A DNA stretch of 64,000 nt. Origin: Actinomycetota bacterium. Lineage in GTDB: Bacteria; Actinomycetota; Acidimicrobiia; Acidimicrobiales; JAJPHE01. The position numbers and the translations under genes are program-made. Each line of letters begins with the position of its first letter. The first letter of the stretch is position 1. The notes beneath the pieces were generated by a model. The model was not told where the DNA came from. It saw only the letters and a list, made by a program, of their open reading frames with translations, and searched no databases. Positions 8,675 through 16,830 of this stretch are shown piece by piece. The stretch is from the NCBI GenBank assembly GCA_027315345.1, contig DAHUYE010000090.1, forward strand, positions 112,241 to 176,240, in the 5' to 3' direction.

Positions 8675-9699
8675 TGGCTCTCTTTCTCCACTGGATCGGG
8701 CAGGCCTTCCAATTCGGCCTTGGCCTGGCGAAGCATCAGGGCCGGGATCACCTGGCGGGCATTCTTACGCCCTTCGAGGACCTCGGTCACCTGCTCGGCT
8801 ATCGGCATTTCGACGCCGTGCCGGCGGGCCAGGGCCAGGGCAACGGGAGCCGTCTTGACCCCCTCGGCCACCATGTTCATCTCCCGGATGACCGACTCGA
8901 GCGACCGGCCCCGGCCCAACTGCTCACCCACGTGACGGTTGCGGCTCTGGCGGCTGTAACAGGTCGCCACCAGGTCGCCCATCCCGGCCAGGCCGGAAAA
9001 AGTTAGGGGCCGGCCGCCCATGGCCACCCCCAGCCGGCTGAGCTCGGCCAGTCCCCTGGTGATGAGGGCGGCTTTGGTGTTGTCACCCAGGCCCATCCCG
9101 TCGGCCATTCCGGCGGCCAGGGCCACCACATTCTTGAGGGCGCCGGCCATCTCCGCCCCCACCACGTCGGTGTTGGTATAGACCCGGAAGGTGTCCGAGG
9201 ACAGCAGGGCCTGAACTGCGCGGCCCACCTCCTCATCCTCCGCTGCCACCACGCTGGCGGTGGGCTGGCCGGCCACGACCTCCCGAGCCAGGTTGGGCCC
9301 GGTCAACACGCCCAGGTGATGGCCGGGCGCCACCTCGGAGATCACTTCGGACATGCGTCGGAGCGAGTCCTTCTCCAGACCCTTGGCCAGGCTCAGGACG
9401 CAGGCCCCGGCATCCAAAAGCCCGGCCGCCTCCTCCAGGATGGACCGGAATCCGTGCGACGGCACCGCCATAACCACCATGCCCGCGCCCCGCACCGCCT
9501 CGGCCATGGACGGGGTGGCCTCCAACTTGGGCGGAAGCCGCAGATCGGGGAGGTAATCGGCGTTGCGATGCTCGTGGGCGATCTGGAGCGCCAGTTCGGG
9601 CCGGCGGGCCCACAGCACCGTGGGGGCCGACTTGACGGCCATGGCCGCAACCGCCGTACCCCAGGAACCCGCACCCAGGACCGCCACTCTCCCCCTCAC
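8671..9699 (-). CDS. gpsA: NAD(P)H-dependent glycerol-3-phosphate dehydrogenase
   Basis: 342 aa. VAVLGAGSWGTAVA Rossmann motif, ALKNVVALAAG and NTKAALITRGLAE. Confidence 0.92.
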   Translation of the reverse strand: MRGRVAVLGAGSWGTAVAAMAVKSAPTVLWARRPELALQIAHEHRNADYLPDLRLPPKLEATPSMAEAVRGAGMVVMAVPSHGFRSILEEAAGLLDAGACVLSLAKGLEKDSLRRMSEVISEVAPGHHLGVLTGPNLAREVVAGQPTASVVAAEDEEVGRAVQALLSSDTFRVYTNTDVVGAEMAGALKNVVALAAGMADGMGLGDNTKAALITRGLAELSRLGVAMGGRPLTFSGLAGMGDLVATCYSRQSRNRHVGEQLGRGRSLESVIREMNMVAEGVKTAPVALALARRHGVEMPIAEQVTEVLEGRKNARQVIPALMLRQAKAELEGLPDPVEKESQ

Positions 9700-9755
9700 C
9701 GTCTCAGGATAACGATCCGGCCCCGGCCGCCCGGTGGAGGGGCATTAGCCTCACC

Positions 9756-10346
9756 ATGGTGGATCCGAGTGGCGAGGCCGCCGTCCTCATACCGGTAAAG
9801 GCCTTCGCCGAGGCCAAGGTGCGACTGGCCGAGGTTCTCGGGGCCGAGGAGCGCTCGGCCCTGGCCCGCTCACTCGGGGCCGGAGTGATAGCCGCCGCCG
9901 CCGGGTTACCGGTCTGGGTCGTCTGTGACGACCGTGAGGTGGCCGACTGGGCCAGCGGACTGGGAGCCGGGATCCTCTGGACCCCCGCCCGCGGACTTAA
10001 CGCGGCCGTGACCGAGGGCGTGCAGCACCTGGCCCGTCTGGGCACCCGTTTGGTCATAGTGGCCCACGCCGATCTTCCCCTGGTGGGAGACCTGTCCGAC
10101 ATCGGGCGCCGGGACCAGATCGTGCTGGCTCCCGACCGCCGCCGGGACGGGACCAATGTCATCGCCATCCCGGCCGACAGCGGCTTCCGCTTCTCCTACG
10201 GACCGGGTTCGTTCGGCAAACATCTGGCCGAAGCCGACCGTCTGGGAATCCCGGCGGTGGTACTCGATCGTCCCGATCTGGCCTGGGATGTGGACGTGCC
10301 CGATGATCTGGGACCGCTCTCCCCGGATCCTCCCGCCACTCGCTGA
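9756..10346 (+). CDS. cofC: 2-phospho-L-lactate / phosphoenolpyruvate guanylyltransferase (F420 biosynthesis)
   Basis: 196 aa. LIPVKAFAEAKVRL N-terminus, GLNAAV, and the AHADLPLV...DGTNV pattern of CofC/FbiD. Confidence 0.8.
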   Translation: MVDPSGEAAVLIPVKAFAEAKVRLAEVLGAEERSALARSLGAGVIAAAAGLPVWVVCDDREVADWASGLGAGILWTPARGLNAAVTEGVQHLARLGTRLVIVAHADLPLVGDLSDIGRRDQIVLAPDRRRDGTNVIAIPADSGFRFSYGPGSFGKHLAEADRLGIPAVVLDRPDLAWDVDVPDDLGPLSPDPPATR

Positions 10347-10418
10347 GCGGAATACGGTCCCACTGACGATCAAGGAGTTGTCCTGACCACCACCAACCTC
10401 CCGACCCCGGCGCGGGCC

Positions 10419-11111
10419 ATGGCCGTGGGTGCCCATCCCGATGACATCGAATTCGGCTGCGGCGCCACTCTGGCCAAGTGGGCGGCAGCCGGATGCGAGA
10501 TCCACCACCTGGTCTGCACGGACGGATCCAAGGGCTCCTGGGATCCCGATGAGGACGTGGCCAAACTGGTGGCCATCCGCCAAGAGGAGCAGCGGGAGGC
10601 CGCCGCCGCGCTGGGCGGGCGGGCCGAGGTCGTCTTCCTGGGTTGGCCCGACGGGGAGCTCGAAGCCGGGCTGCGCCAGCGCTGGGAGGTCTCCTATTGG
10701 ATAAGGAAACTGCGTCCCGACGTGGTACTGGGCCATGACCCCTGGAAGCGGTACCGCCTTCATCCCGACCACCGGGCCGCCGGGTTCCTGGTGACCGACG
10801 GCATCGTGGCCGCCCGGGATCCCCACTTCTTCCCCGAACAGGGAGCGGCCCACCACCGTCCGACCCATCTGCTGTTGTGGGAAGCCGACGAGGCCGACCA
10901 CGTGGAAACCGTGGACGGTTTCGCCGAGGACAAGCTGCGCGCCCTTCTGGCCCATCGGAGCCAGTTCCGCTCCACCATGCACATCGAAAACTCAGAATCG
11001 GGCCAGGAGCAGGCCGCCTTCCGGGCCCGGGTGCTGGGCCGGTTGGAGGAAGAGGGCCGTCTGGGGGGGGCCACCCACGGAGAGGCTTTCAAGCTGATCG
11101 ACCGCCTCTGA
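10419..11111 (+). CDS. PIG-L (LmbE/MshB-like) family deacetylase
   Basis: AHPDDIEFGCGATL zinc-binding motif and HPDHRAAG motif. 230 aa. Confidence 0.85.
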   Translation: MAVGAHPDDIEFGCGATLAKWAAAGCEIHHLVCTDGSKGSWDPDEDVAKLVAIRQEEQREAAAALGGRAEVVFLGWPDGELEAGLRQRWEVSYWIRKLRPDVVLGHDPWKRYRLHPDHRAAGFLVTDGIVAARDPHFFPEQGAAHHRPTHLLLWEADEADHVETVDGFAEDKLRALLAHRSQFRSTMHIENSESGQEQAAFRARVLGRLEEEGRLGGATHGEAFKLIDRL

Positions 11112-11148
11112 GGGACTTGGCCGGCCCACTCCGGGCCCGGAAATGCCG

Positions 11149-11175
11149 AGAAGGGGGCCCCAGGGGCCCCCTTCT
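11149..11175. terminator. GC-rich hairpin between convergent genes (candidate bidirectional terminator)
   Basis: AGAAGGGGGCC-ccagg-GGCCCCCTTCT, an 11-bp perfect stem 38 nt after the deacetylase stop. There is no clear U-tract. Confidence 0.45.
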
Positions 11176-11183
11176 GCGGATAT

Positions 11184-11213
11184 CAGCCTGGGCCGAAGCC
11201 CGAAATCAGGCTG
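11184..11213 (-). terminator. hairpin 13 nt downstream of the histone-like gene stop
   Basis: CAGCCTG...CAGGCTG forms a 7-bp stem enclosing a GGGC-cgaa-GCCC inner stem. On the minus strand it is followed by ATAT. Confidence 0.4.
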
Positions 11214-11226
11214 TGGTGGCCTCCAT

Positions 11227-11778
11227 CTACCGGGACGTCCGGCGGGCCGGGGCCTTACGGGCCGCCGTCTTGCGAGCCGGAGCCTTGCGAGCCGTCGTCT
11301 TCCGAGCCGGCGCCTTACGGGCCGGGGCCTTGCGGGCCGCCGTCTTGCGAGCCGGAGCCTTGCGGGCCGTGGTCTTACGGGCCGTCGTCTTCTTGGCGGT
11401 CGTCTTGCGGGCGGTGGTCTTGCGAGCCGCCGTCTTACGAGCCGTCGTCTTCTTGGCGGTCGTCTTACGGGCGGTGGTCTTGCGAGCCGCCGTCTTACGA
11501 GCCGGGGCCTTGCGGGCCGCCGTCTTCTTGGCGGCGGTCTTTCGGGCCGTGGTCTTCTTGGCTGCGCTCTTGCGAGCGGTTGTCTTCTTGGCACCCGTCT
11601 TCTTGGCCGTGGTCTTGCGAGCTGTCGTCTTCCTTGCGGTTGACTTGGCTGCACGAGGACTCACTGCCGCGTTAAGCGTGGTGCCAGGAGCGAAGCGGAC
11701 ACCATCTTCGGTGCGCTCCGTCTCTTCGGTGCCCTGTGAAGTTCCATTGGATACCTCGGCGAGCTCTTTCTTGTTCAC
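11227..11778 (-). CDS. histone H1/Hc2-like basic repeat protein (probable nucleoid-associated protein)
   Basis: Start placed at GTG 11778, preceded by GGAGG with a 5-nt spacer; the in-frame GTG 11808 is an alternative. About 50 non-repetitive residues are followed by about 28 tandem A-[RK]-K-x-x pentapeptides (ARKTT, ARKTA, AKKTT, ARKAP). Confidence 0.7.
   Translation of the reverse strand: MNKKELAEVSNGTSQGTEETERTEDGVRFAPGTTLNAAVSPRAAKSTARKTTARKTTAKKTGAKKTTARKSAAKKTTARKTAAKKTAARKAPARKTAARKTTARKTTAKKTTARKTAARKTTARKTTAKKTTARKTTARKAPARKTAARKAPARKAPARKTTARKAPARKTAARKAPARRTSR
11230..11652 (-). repeat. 15-bp-periodic coding tandem repeat (about 28 units), including a 60-bp higher-order duplication
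   Basis: The pentapeptide period is visible in the protein. Segments 11381-11440 and 11441-11500 are identical at 59 of 60 positions by direct comparison. Confidence 0.9.
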
Positions 11779-11949
11779 CGCCACCTCCTGGCGTGTTGGG
11801 GAAGTCACATAAATGAAAGTTGTTTTTCATGCAAAGGTCAAGCCTTTCCTTTTCGGTGTCATCCTTGCGGGCTCTCATCAGTGACACACGCCCACGCCGG
11901 AAGGGCGTGTTTGAAACTCAAAATAACGACGCGCGATGGTGGATCGCCC

Positions 11950-12198
11950 ATGAACGAGACCGATCCGCTTCTCCCCGACGGAACCTATGACGTGATGGTC
12001 ATCGACGTGGAAGATGACATCAATTCAGCCGAATCGGAGTCATCGACTCTGTCCTTGGTCATCGTCACCGGGACCTTGAAGGGTCAGGTGGTGACGCTGG
12101 AACAGACCTCCGACACCGCTGACCCGTTGCAGCTCCTCGGCAGCCCGGGACGCCTGACCGTGACCAACCGGGAACTGCGGCTCCGACTGGAGGGTTGA
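11950..12198 (+). CDS. small acidic hypothetical protein (82 aa)
   Basis: ATG 11950 is preceded by GGTGGA. Codon third positions are mostly G/C although GC is locally lower. It ends 30 bp upstream of the cyclase gene. No family recognised. Confidence 0.5.
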   Translation: MNETDPLLPDGTYDVMVIDVEDDINSAESESSTLSLVIVTGTLKGQVVTLEQTSDTADPLQLLGSPGRLTVTNRELRLRLEG

Positions 12199-12228
12199 GG
12201 CCCCCTCGAGGTCGTATCCTCAGGGCGA

Positions 12229-15200
12229 ATGACGTGCTCGTCCTGCGGGTCGGAGGTGCCGGGAGGAGCCCGTTTCTGCCCCTCCTGCGGTCACCCGGTC
12301 TCGTCCCGGGGTGATGAACGGCGGATCGTGACCGTTCTGTTCGCCGATCTGGCTGGATTCACCGGCTTTTCCGAGTCGATGGACCCGGAGTCGGTCAAGA
12401 ACCTGGTGGACGGCTGCTTTGCCGCCCTGGCCGCCGATGTGACCAGCTACGGGGGCCGGGTCGACAAGGTGGTGGGCGACGCCATCATCGCCCTGTTCGG
12501 GGCCCCGGTGGCCCACGAGGACGACGCCGAGCGGGCCGTCCGGGCCGGCCTGCAGATGCAACAGACCATCCGCTCAATGAGCGACGGGGCCGCCCAGCGC
12601 CTGGAGCTCAGGGTCGGTATCAACACGGGCGAGGTCCTGGTCGGGGCCATCCGGGCCGGAGGCGATTACACCGCCATGGGCGACGTGGTGAACGTGGCCT
12701 CGCGACTGCAGACCATGGCACGGCCCGGTTCGGTGGTGGTGGGCGAGACCACCTACGCCGGGACGGCGGCGGTGGTGAGGTACAACGACCTCGGACCCCA
12801 GCTGGCCCGGGGTCGGGAGGAACCGGTGCCCGTGTGGGAGGCGGTGGAGTCACTGACTCCGCCCGGCCAGCGCCCCCGGCGGGCCAATGCACCTCTCACC
12901 GGCCGGGATGAAGAAGTCGGTCTGTTCAGATCGACACTGGCCACCGCCTTCGGCCGGCGGCGGCCGTCGTTGGGCGTGATCCTGGGTGAAGCCGGTGTTG
13001 GCAAGACCCGGCTGGTCGAGGAGTTGTCCGACTGGGCCCGGGCCGAACACGGGGCGCTGGTCATCGAAGGCCGTTGCGTCCCTTACGGGGAGGCCAATCC
13101 GTGGTGGCCGGTGGCCGAGGCCGTCCGTCAGGCCTGCGGAGTCGACATCGGAGATCCCTCCTCTACCGCCGAGGACAAGACCCTGAGCGTCGTCACGGAT
13201 CTGCTGGGCGCGGACCGCGACGAGGAGGCCGCCCAGATCGCCAGCGGCCTTCTGCACCTGCTGGGCGATGAGGATGCCCTGCCCGATGTGGATCCGCAGC
13301 GGGCCAGGCAGGAGGCGCAACGGGCGCTTCACTCCCTGATGGCCGGTCTGGCCCGCCGCCAGCCGCTGGTGGTGGTCCTGTCCGAGGTCCACTGGGCCGA
13401 CCAACTCGTGCTCGATCTCATCGGTGGTCAGCTCGACCGTCTGAACGGGTTGCCGGTGGTCCTGCTGCTGACGGCCCGGCCCGAACTGGCCCTGCAGTGG
13501 TCCCCGCCGTCAGGGCGGCACAACCTGGTCACCCTCCGGCTGGATCCGCTCGACCGGGCCGCGGCCCGGCGTCTGGCCCAGCTTCTGATCGAGGACGCCC
13601 TGCCGGAGGGTTCGGATGACGGCCGCAGCGCGGCATTGATCGAGAACCTGACCGACCGCAGCGGCGGGAACCCGTTCTTCCTGGAGGAGCTGGTGGCTCT
13701 GATCGAGGACGAAGCGACCGGCACGGAGCGACCCGGCGTCGGGGGAGAACTCCCCGTCACCCTGCGGGGCATCGTGGCGGCCCGGCTCGACTCCCTGCCG
13801 GTGGGTGAGCGTTCGGTGTTGGAAGACGCCTCGGTGGTGGGCCGAAGCGGGACGATCCGGTCGCTGGTGGCCATGGCCCGGTCGCGTGGCATCGAGACCA
13901 TCGACGCCGCCCTGGGCGAGGTGGTGGCCAGGGATCTGCTCAAGGTTGAGGCGACCCGCTGGGAGTTCCGCTCCGATGTCGTGCGGGAGGTCCTGTACGA
14001 GATACTGACCAAGTCGGAGCGCTCCCGGCGCCACTGGAACCTGGCCAGCTGGGTCAGTGAGGTGTCCTCCAAGGCCAAACGCGAGGACGAGTTCCTGGAG
14101 CAGGTCGCCCATCACTTCGCCGCCGCCGCCGCTCTGACCAACGAGATCGGACCGGTCACGGGCGTGCCCGCCGACGCCGTGACGGTGGCGGTGGGCGCTC
14201 TGCGCCGGGCGGCCGGTTGGGCCCTGGGCCGGGAGCTTCTCCTGTCGGCGGTGCGGATGCTCGACCGGGCCGTTGAACTCATCCCGCCCGATGCCCCCGG
14301 TCTGCTGCACCCGGTGCTCATGGACCGGGCCCAGGCCCGCATCCAGATGCGCGAACTGGCCGGAGCCCGCCGGGACCTCGAGGTGCTGATGGAGGCCGAC
14401 GCCGAGGCGAGCAGGGCCACCGTCATGACCCTGCTCGGGTACCTCGAACAGGCGGAAGGTGACCTGGACAAGTCGGCGGCCAGCCTGTCGCTGGCCCTGG
14501 AACTGTGGCGGGAGCGCCAAGACGTGGAGGGCGAGGGATACGCCCTGCGGGGCGCCGGCATGACCAGCTTCCTGTCCGGTGACGTGGTCCGGGCCGAGGG
14601 TCAGTTGATGAAGGCGCTCAGCATCGCCCGCCAGCTCGGACGGCGCCGGGACGAGGCTTGGGCGCTGTGGACCCTGTCGTGGGTGTCCTTCGCGGCCGGG
14701 CGCCTGGACGAGGCCGAGGACCGGCTGGGCGAATCCTCGACCGCCTTCCGGGCCGCCGGGGACGCCGGAGGGGACGGATGGGTCAAAGGCCTGCTCGGCT
14801 ACATCCGCCTGACCCAGGGCCGGCGGGAGGAAGCCGAGGCCCTGGCTCTGGGCCTGGTCGACGACGCCGGGGACCGGGGTGACCGGTGGGCCCACGCCAT
14901 GGTGGTCGTCCTCCTCGGCCTCCTCCGGCTCTGGCAGGGCCGGGTCCAGTCCGCCGTCGAGTACGGCCGGGACGCCCACGCCACCTTCACCGCCATCGGG
15001 GACAACGCCGGCCTGCTCCGCGCCCTGGGGGTGCTGAGCCGGGCCCTAGCCGCCTTCGGCCAGGTAGGGGAGGCCCGCCGCTACGCCGAGGACGCCCTGC
15101 TGCTGTCCCGGGAGAGCCCCAAGCTGGGGATGGAGCCCTACATCGGGCAGGTGCTGGTGACCCTGGTGGCCCTGCACGCCGGGGACTGGGAGACGGCGGC

Positions 15201-15810
15201 GGCGGCCCTGGACGAGATCGGGACCATCGCGGTGGCCAACGAGGTCGAACTCAGAGTGGCCCGGGGACTGACCCTGCTCCAGGCCGGACGGCCCGAAGAC
15301 GCCCTGACCCATCTGGAAGTGGACGCCGGGCCGGAAGCCCGGTCCGGCGCCGAGGGCCCGTCCCTCAAGGGCCCCACCCTGGGCGGTGCCGCCCCCAACC
15401 TCTACGCCACCCGGGCCATGACCCTGGCCGCCCTGGGACGGGCCGAACCCGCCCTGGAGGCGGCGGCCCGGGCCGTCAACTGGGAGCCGGCGGGGACCTA
15501 CCGGGACCGGGTGCTGGCCGGCCTGGGCCGGGCCTTCGCCCGGGCCCAGCTCGGACAACTGGATGCCGCCGAGGAGGCCTTGACCGACGCCACCGCCGAG
15601 ACCGGCGCCACCGAGGATCGCCTGACCTGGGCCATCGTCAGGCTGGCGGCGGGCCGCCTCCGGGACGCCGCCGGGGACCCGGCCGGCCGGGGCCAGACCC
15701 AGGCCGCCCTCACCGACCTGTCCGACATGGAGGCCAGCTATGACGGCTGGGACACCGTGTTCCGGGCCGCGGCCACAAGCGTCGCCCCCCAGGACGGCGC
15801 CGGGGCCTGA
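12229..15810 (+). CDS. zinc-ribbon / class III adenylate cyclase / AAA(STAND) ATPase / TPR multidomain protein
   Basis: CSSCG...CPSCG zinc ribbon. Cyclase motifs LFADLAGFT, VDKVVGDAIIALFG and AMGDVVNVASRLQ. P-loop GEAGVGKTRL. A long TPR-like C-terminal region. 1193 aa. Confidence 0.9.
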   Translation: MTCSSCGSEVPGGARFCPSCGHPVSSRGDERRIVTVLFADLAGFTGFSESMDPESVKNLVDGCFAALAADVTSYGGRVDKVVGDAIIALFGAPVAHEDDAERAVRAGLQMQQTIRSMSDGAAQRLELRVGINTGEVLVGAIRAGGDYTAMGDVVNVASRLQTMARPGSVVVGETTYAGTAAVVRYNDLGPQLARGREEPVPVWEAVESLTPPGQRPRRANAPLTGRDEEVGLFRSTLATAFGRRRPSLGVILGEAGVGKTRLVEELSDWARAEHGALVIEGRCVPYGEANPWWPVAEAVRQACGVDIGDPSSTAEDKTLSVVTDLLGADRDEEAAQIASGLLHLLGDEDALPDVDPQRARQEAQRALHSLMAGLARRQPLVVVLSEVHWADQLVLDLIGGQLDRLNGLPVVLLLTARPELALQWSPPSGRHNLVTLRLDPLDRAAARRLAQLLIEDALPEGSDDGRSAALIENLTDRSGGNPFFLEELVALIEDEATGTERPGVGGELPVTLRGIVAARLDSLPVGERSVLEDASVVGRSGTIRSLVAMARSRGIETIDAALGEVVARDLLKVEATRWEFRSDVVREVLYEILTKSERSRRHWNLASWVSEVSSKAKREDEFLEQVAHHFAAAAALTNEIGPVTGVPADAVTVAVGALRRAAGWALGRELLLSAVRMLDRAVELIPPDAPGLLHPVLMDRAQARIQMRELAGARRDLEVLMEADAEASRATVMTLLGYLEQAEGDLDKSAASLSLALELWRERQDVEGEGYALRGAGMTSFLSGDVVRAEGQLMKALSIARQLGRRRDEAWALWTLSWVSFAAGRLDEAEDRLGESSTAFRAAGDAGGDGWVKGLLGYIRLTQGRREEAEALALGLVDDAGDRGDRWAHAMVVVLLGLLRLWQGRVQSAVEYGRDAHATFTAIGDNAGLLRALGVLSRALAAFGQVGEARRYAEDALLLSRESPKLGMEPYIGQVLVTLVALHAGDWETAAAALDEIGTIAVANEVELRVARGLTLLQAGRPEDALTHLEVDAGPEARSGAEGPSLKGPTLGGAAPNLYATRAMTLAALGRAEPALEAAARAVNWEPAGTYRDRVLAGLGRAFARAQLGQLDAAEEALTDATAETGATEDRLTWAIVRLAAGRLRDAAGDPAGRGQTQAALTDLSDMEASYDGWDTVFRAAATSVAPQDGAGA

Positions 15811-15865
15811 GCCGGCTCAGGCCGCCGCCGGGCTCAGACCGCCGCCGGGCTCAGGCCGCCGGCCG
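15804..15865. repeat. 18-bp perfect palindrome followed by three tandem 17-18-bp copies (GGCTCAGRCCGCCGCCG)
   Basis: GCCTGAGCC/GGCTCAGGC lies at 15805-15822. Repeat copies start at 15814, 15831 and 15848. Each copy carries TCA (TGA on the minus strand), and the third supplies the stop of the downstream LLM gene. Confidence 0.85.
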
Positions 15866-16765
15866 GGATGAGGCCTGCATCTCCAGCACGGTGCCGGCCA
15901 GATCGGACAGGCCTTCCACTATCTCGGACGAGGAGGCCCCCACCGGGACCACCACCAGCTTGGAGAAGCCCCGGTCCACGAACGCCTCCAGGAGGGGGCG
16001 GAGGCGGTCGAGCCCGGCGGCGATGACTTCGCCGGGGTCGCGGCCGGGGCGGCGGGCGGCCAGGGTGGCGGCCAGGGCCTCGGGCAGCGGGCCGGCGGTG
16101 AAGAGGACCAGGGCGCCCCAGTGCTCCGGATCCATGCTGCGCCCGGCGGCGGCGGCCGCTTCCTCCACCGCCGCCCGTCCCGCCTCGGCCTCCTCCGGGG
16201 TACAGAAGCTGGGCAGCCAGCCGTCGCCCAGGCGGCCGACCCGGCGCAACTCGCTGGGCGCCCGTCCTCCCAGCCAGACGTCGGGCGGGCTCTGCAGCGG
16301 CCGGGGCAGAACGGTCACCCTGTCCAGCTGGAAGCGGACCCCGTGGTGGGTCACCTCGTCCTCGGTCCACAGCCGGCGGATGAGGGGCAGCGCCTCGTCG
16401 AAGATGGCGGCCCGCTCTTCCCGTTTCACACCGAAGGCCTGATGCTCCGAGCCCTGGGCCGTGCCGAGACCGAAGGCGGGCAGCAGCCGGCCACCCGAGA
16501 GGCGGTCCAGCGTGGCCAGCTCCTTGGCCAGCAGCACCGGGTTGCGCCCGGGCAGGACCAGCACGCTGGTGCCGAGCTTCATACGCCGGGTCCGGCCGGC
16601 CGCCATGGCCAGGGCCATGAGCGGATCGAGGGTGGGGCCGGTGACCCGTTCCGAAAGCCAGAGGGAGTCGAAGCCGAACTCCTCCAGGCCGTCCACCAGG
16701 TCGGCGAAGGCCGACGCTTCGAACAAGCCCGTCCCCAGGCCGAAGCCGATCCTGACCTTGGTCAT
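15851..16765 (-). CDS. LLM-class (luciferase-like) F420/flavin-dependent oxidoreductase
   Basis: Start trimmed to ATG 16765 (MTKVRIGFGLG). FDSLWLSERV and LATLDRLSGGRLLPAFGLG are typical of the family. Confidence 0.85.
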   Translation of the reverse strand: MTKVRIGFGLGTGLFEASAFADLVDGLEEFGFDSLWLSERVTGPTLDPLMALAMAAGRTRRMKLGTSVLVLPGRNPVLLAKELATLDRLSGGRLLPAFGLGTAQGSEHQAFGVKREERAAIFDEALPLIRRLWTEDEVTHHGVRFQLDRVTVLPRPLQSPPDVWLGGRAPSELRRVGRLGDGWLPSFCTPEEAEAGRAAVEEAAAAAGRSMDPEHWGALVLFTAGPLPEALAATLAARRPGRDPGEVIAAGLDRLRPLLEAFVDRGFSKLVVVPVGASSSEIVEGLSDLAGTVLEMQASSRPAA

Positions 16766-16830
16766 CGGTCCCGTCTCCCGTCCGATCCGGCGGAGATGTC
16801 TGCGCGCGCTCGCAGACCCCGCCGGCCGCG

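Noticed and set aside
10877-11812. 311-aa + strand ORF with LRA/VVL repeats
   Set aside because: It is the mirror image of the minus-strand ARK-repeat gene. The minus strand has the SD, a plausible start, a basic DNA-binding-type composition and a downstream hairpin.
11849-11860. The 12-mer CTTTTCGGTGTC is shared by two AT-rich gaps (11849 and 36617). It also partly resembles the PafBC RecA-NDp half-site TGTCGGT.
   Set aside because: A single 12-mer match is expected many times by chance in 64 kb. Neither copy has a TANNNT box 8 nt downstream, and the first T-G of the motif is not matched.
12229-15810. Cyclase-STAND protein as a Pycsar/Avs-like antiphage system
   Set aside because: The cyclase has the adenine-specifying Lys/Asp pair. 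The architecture is a common actinobacterial signalling type. There is also no effector gene or defence-island context, so I report it only as a signalling module with an unexplained small partner ORF.
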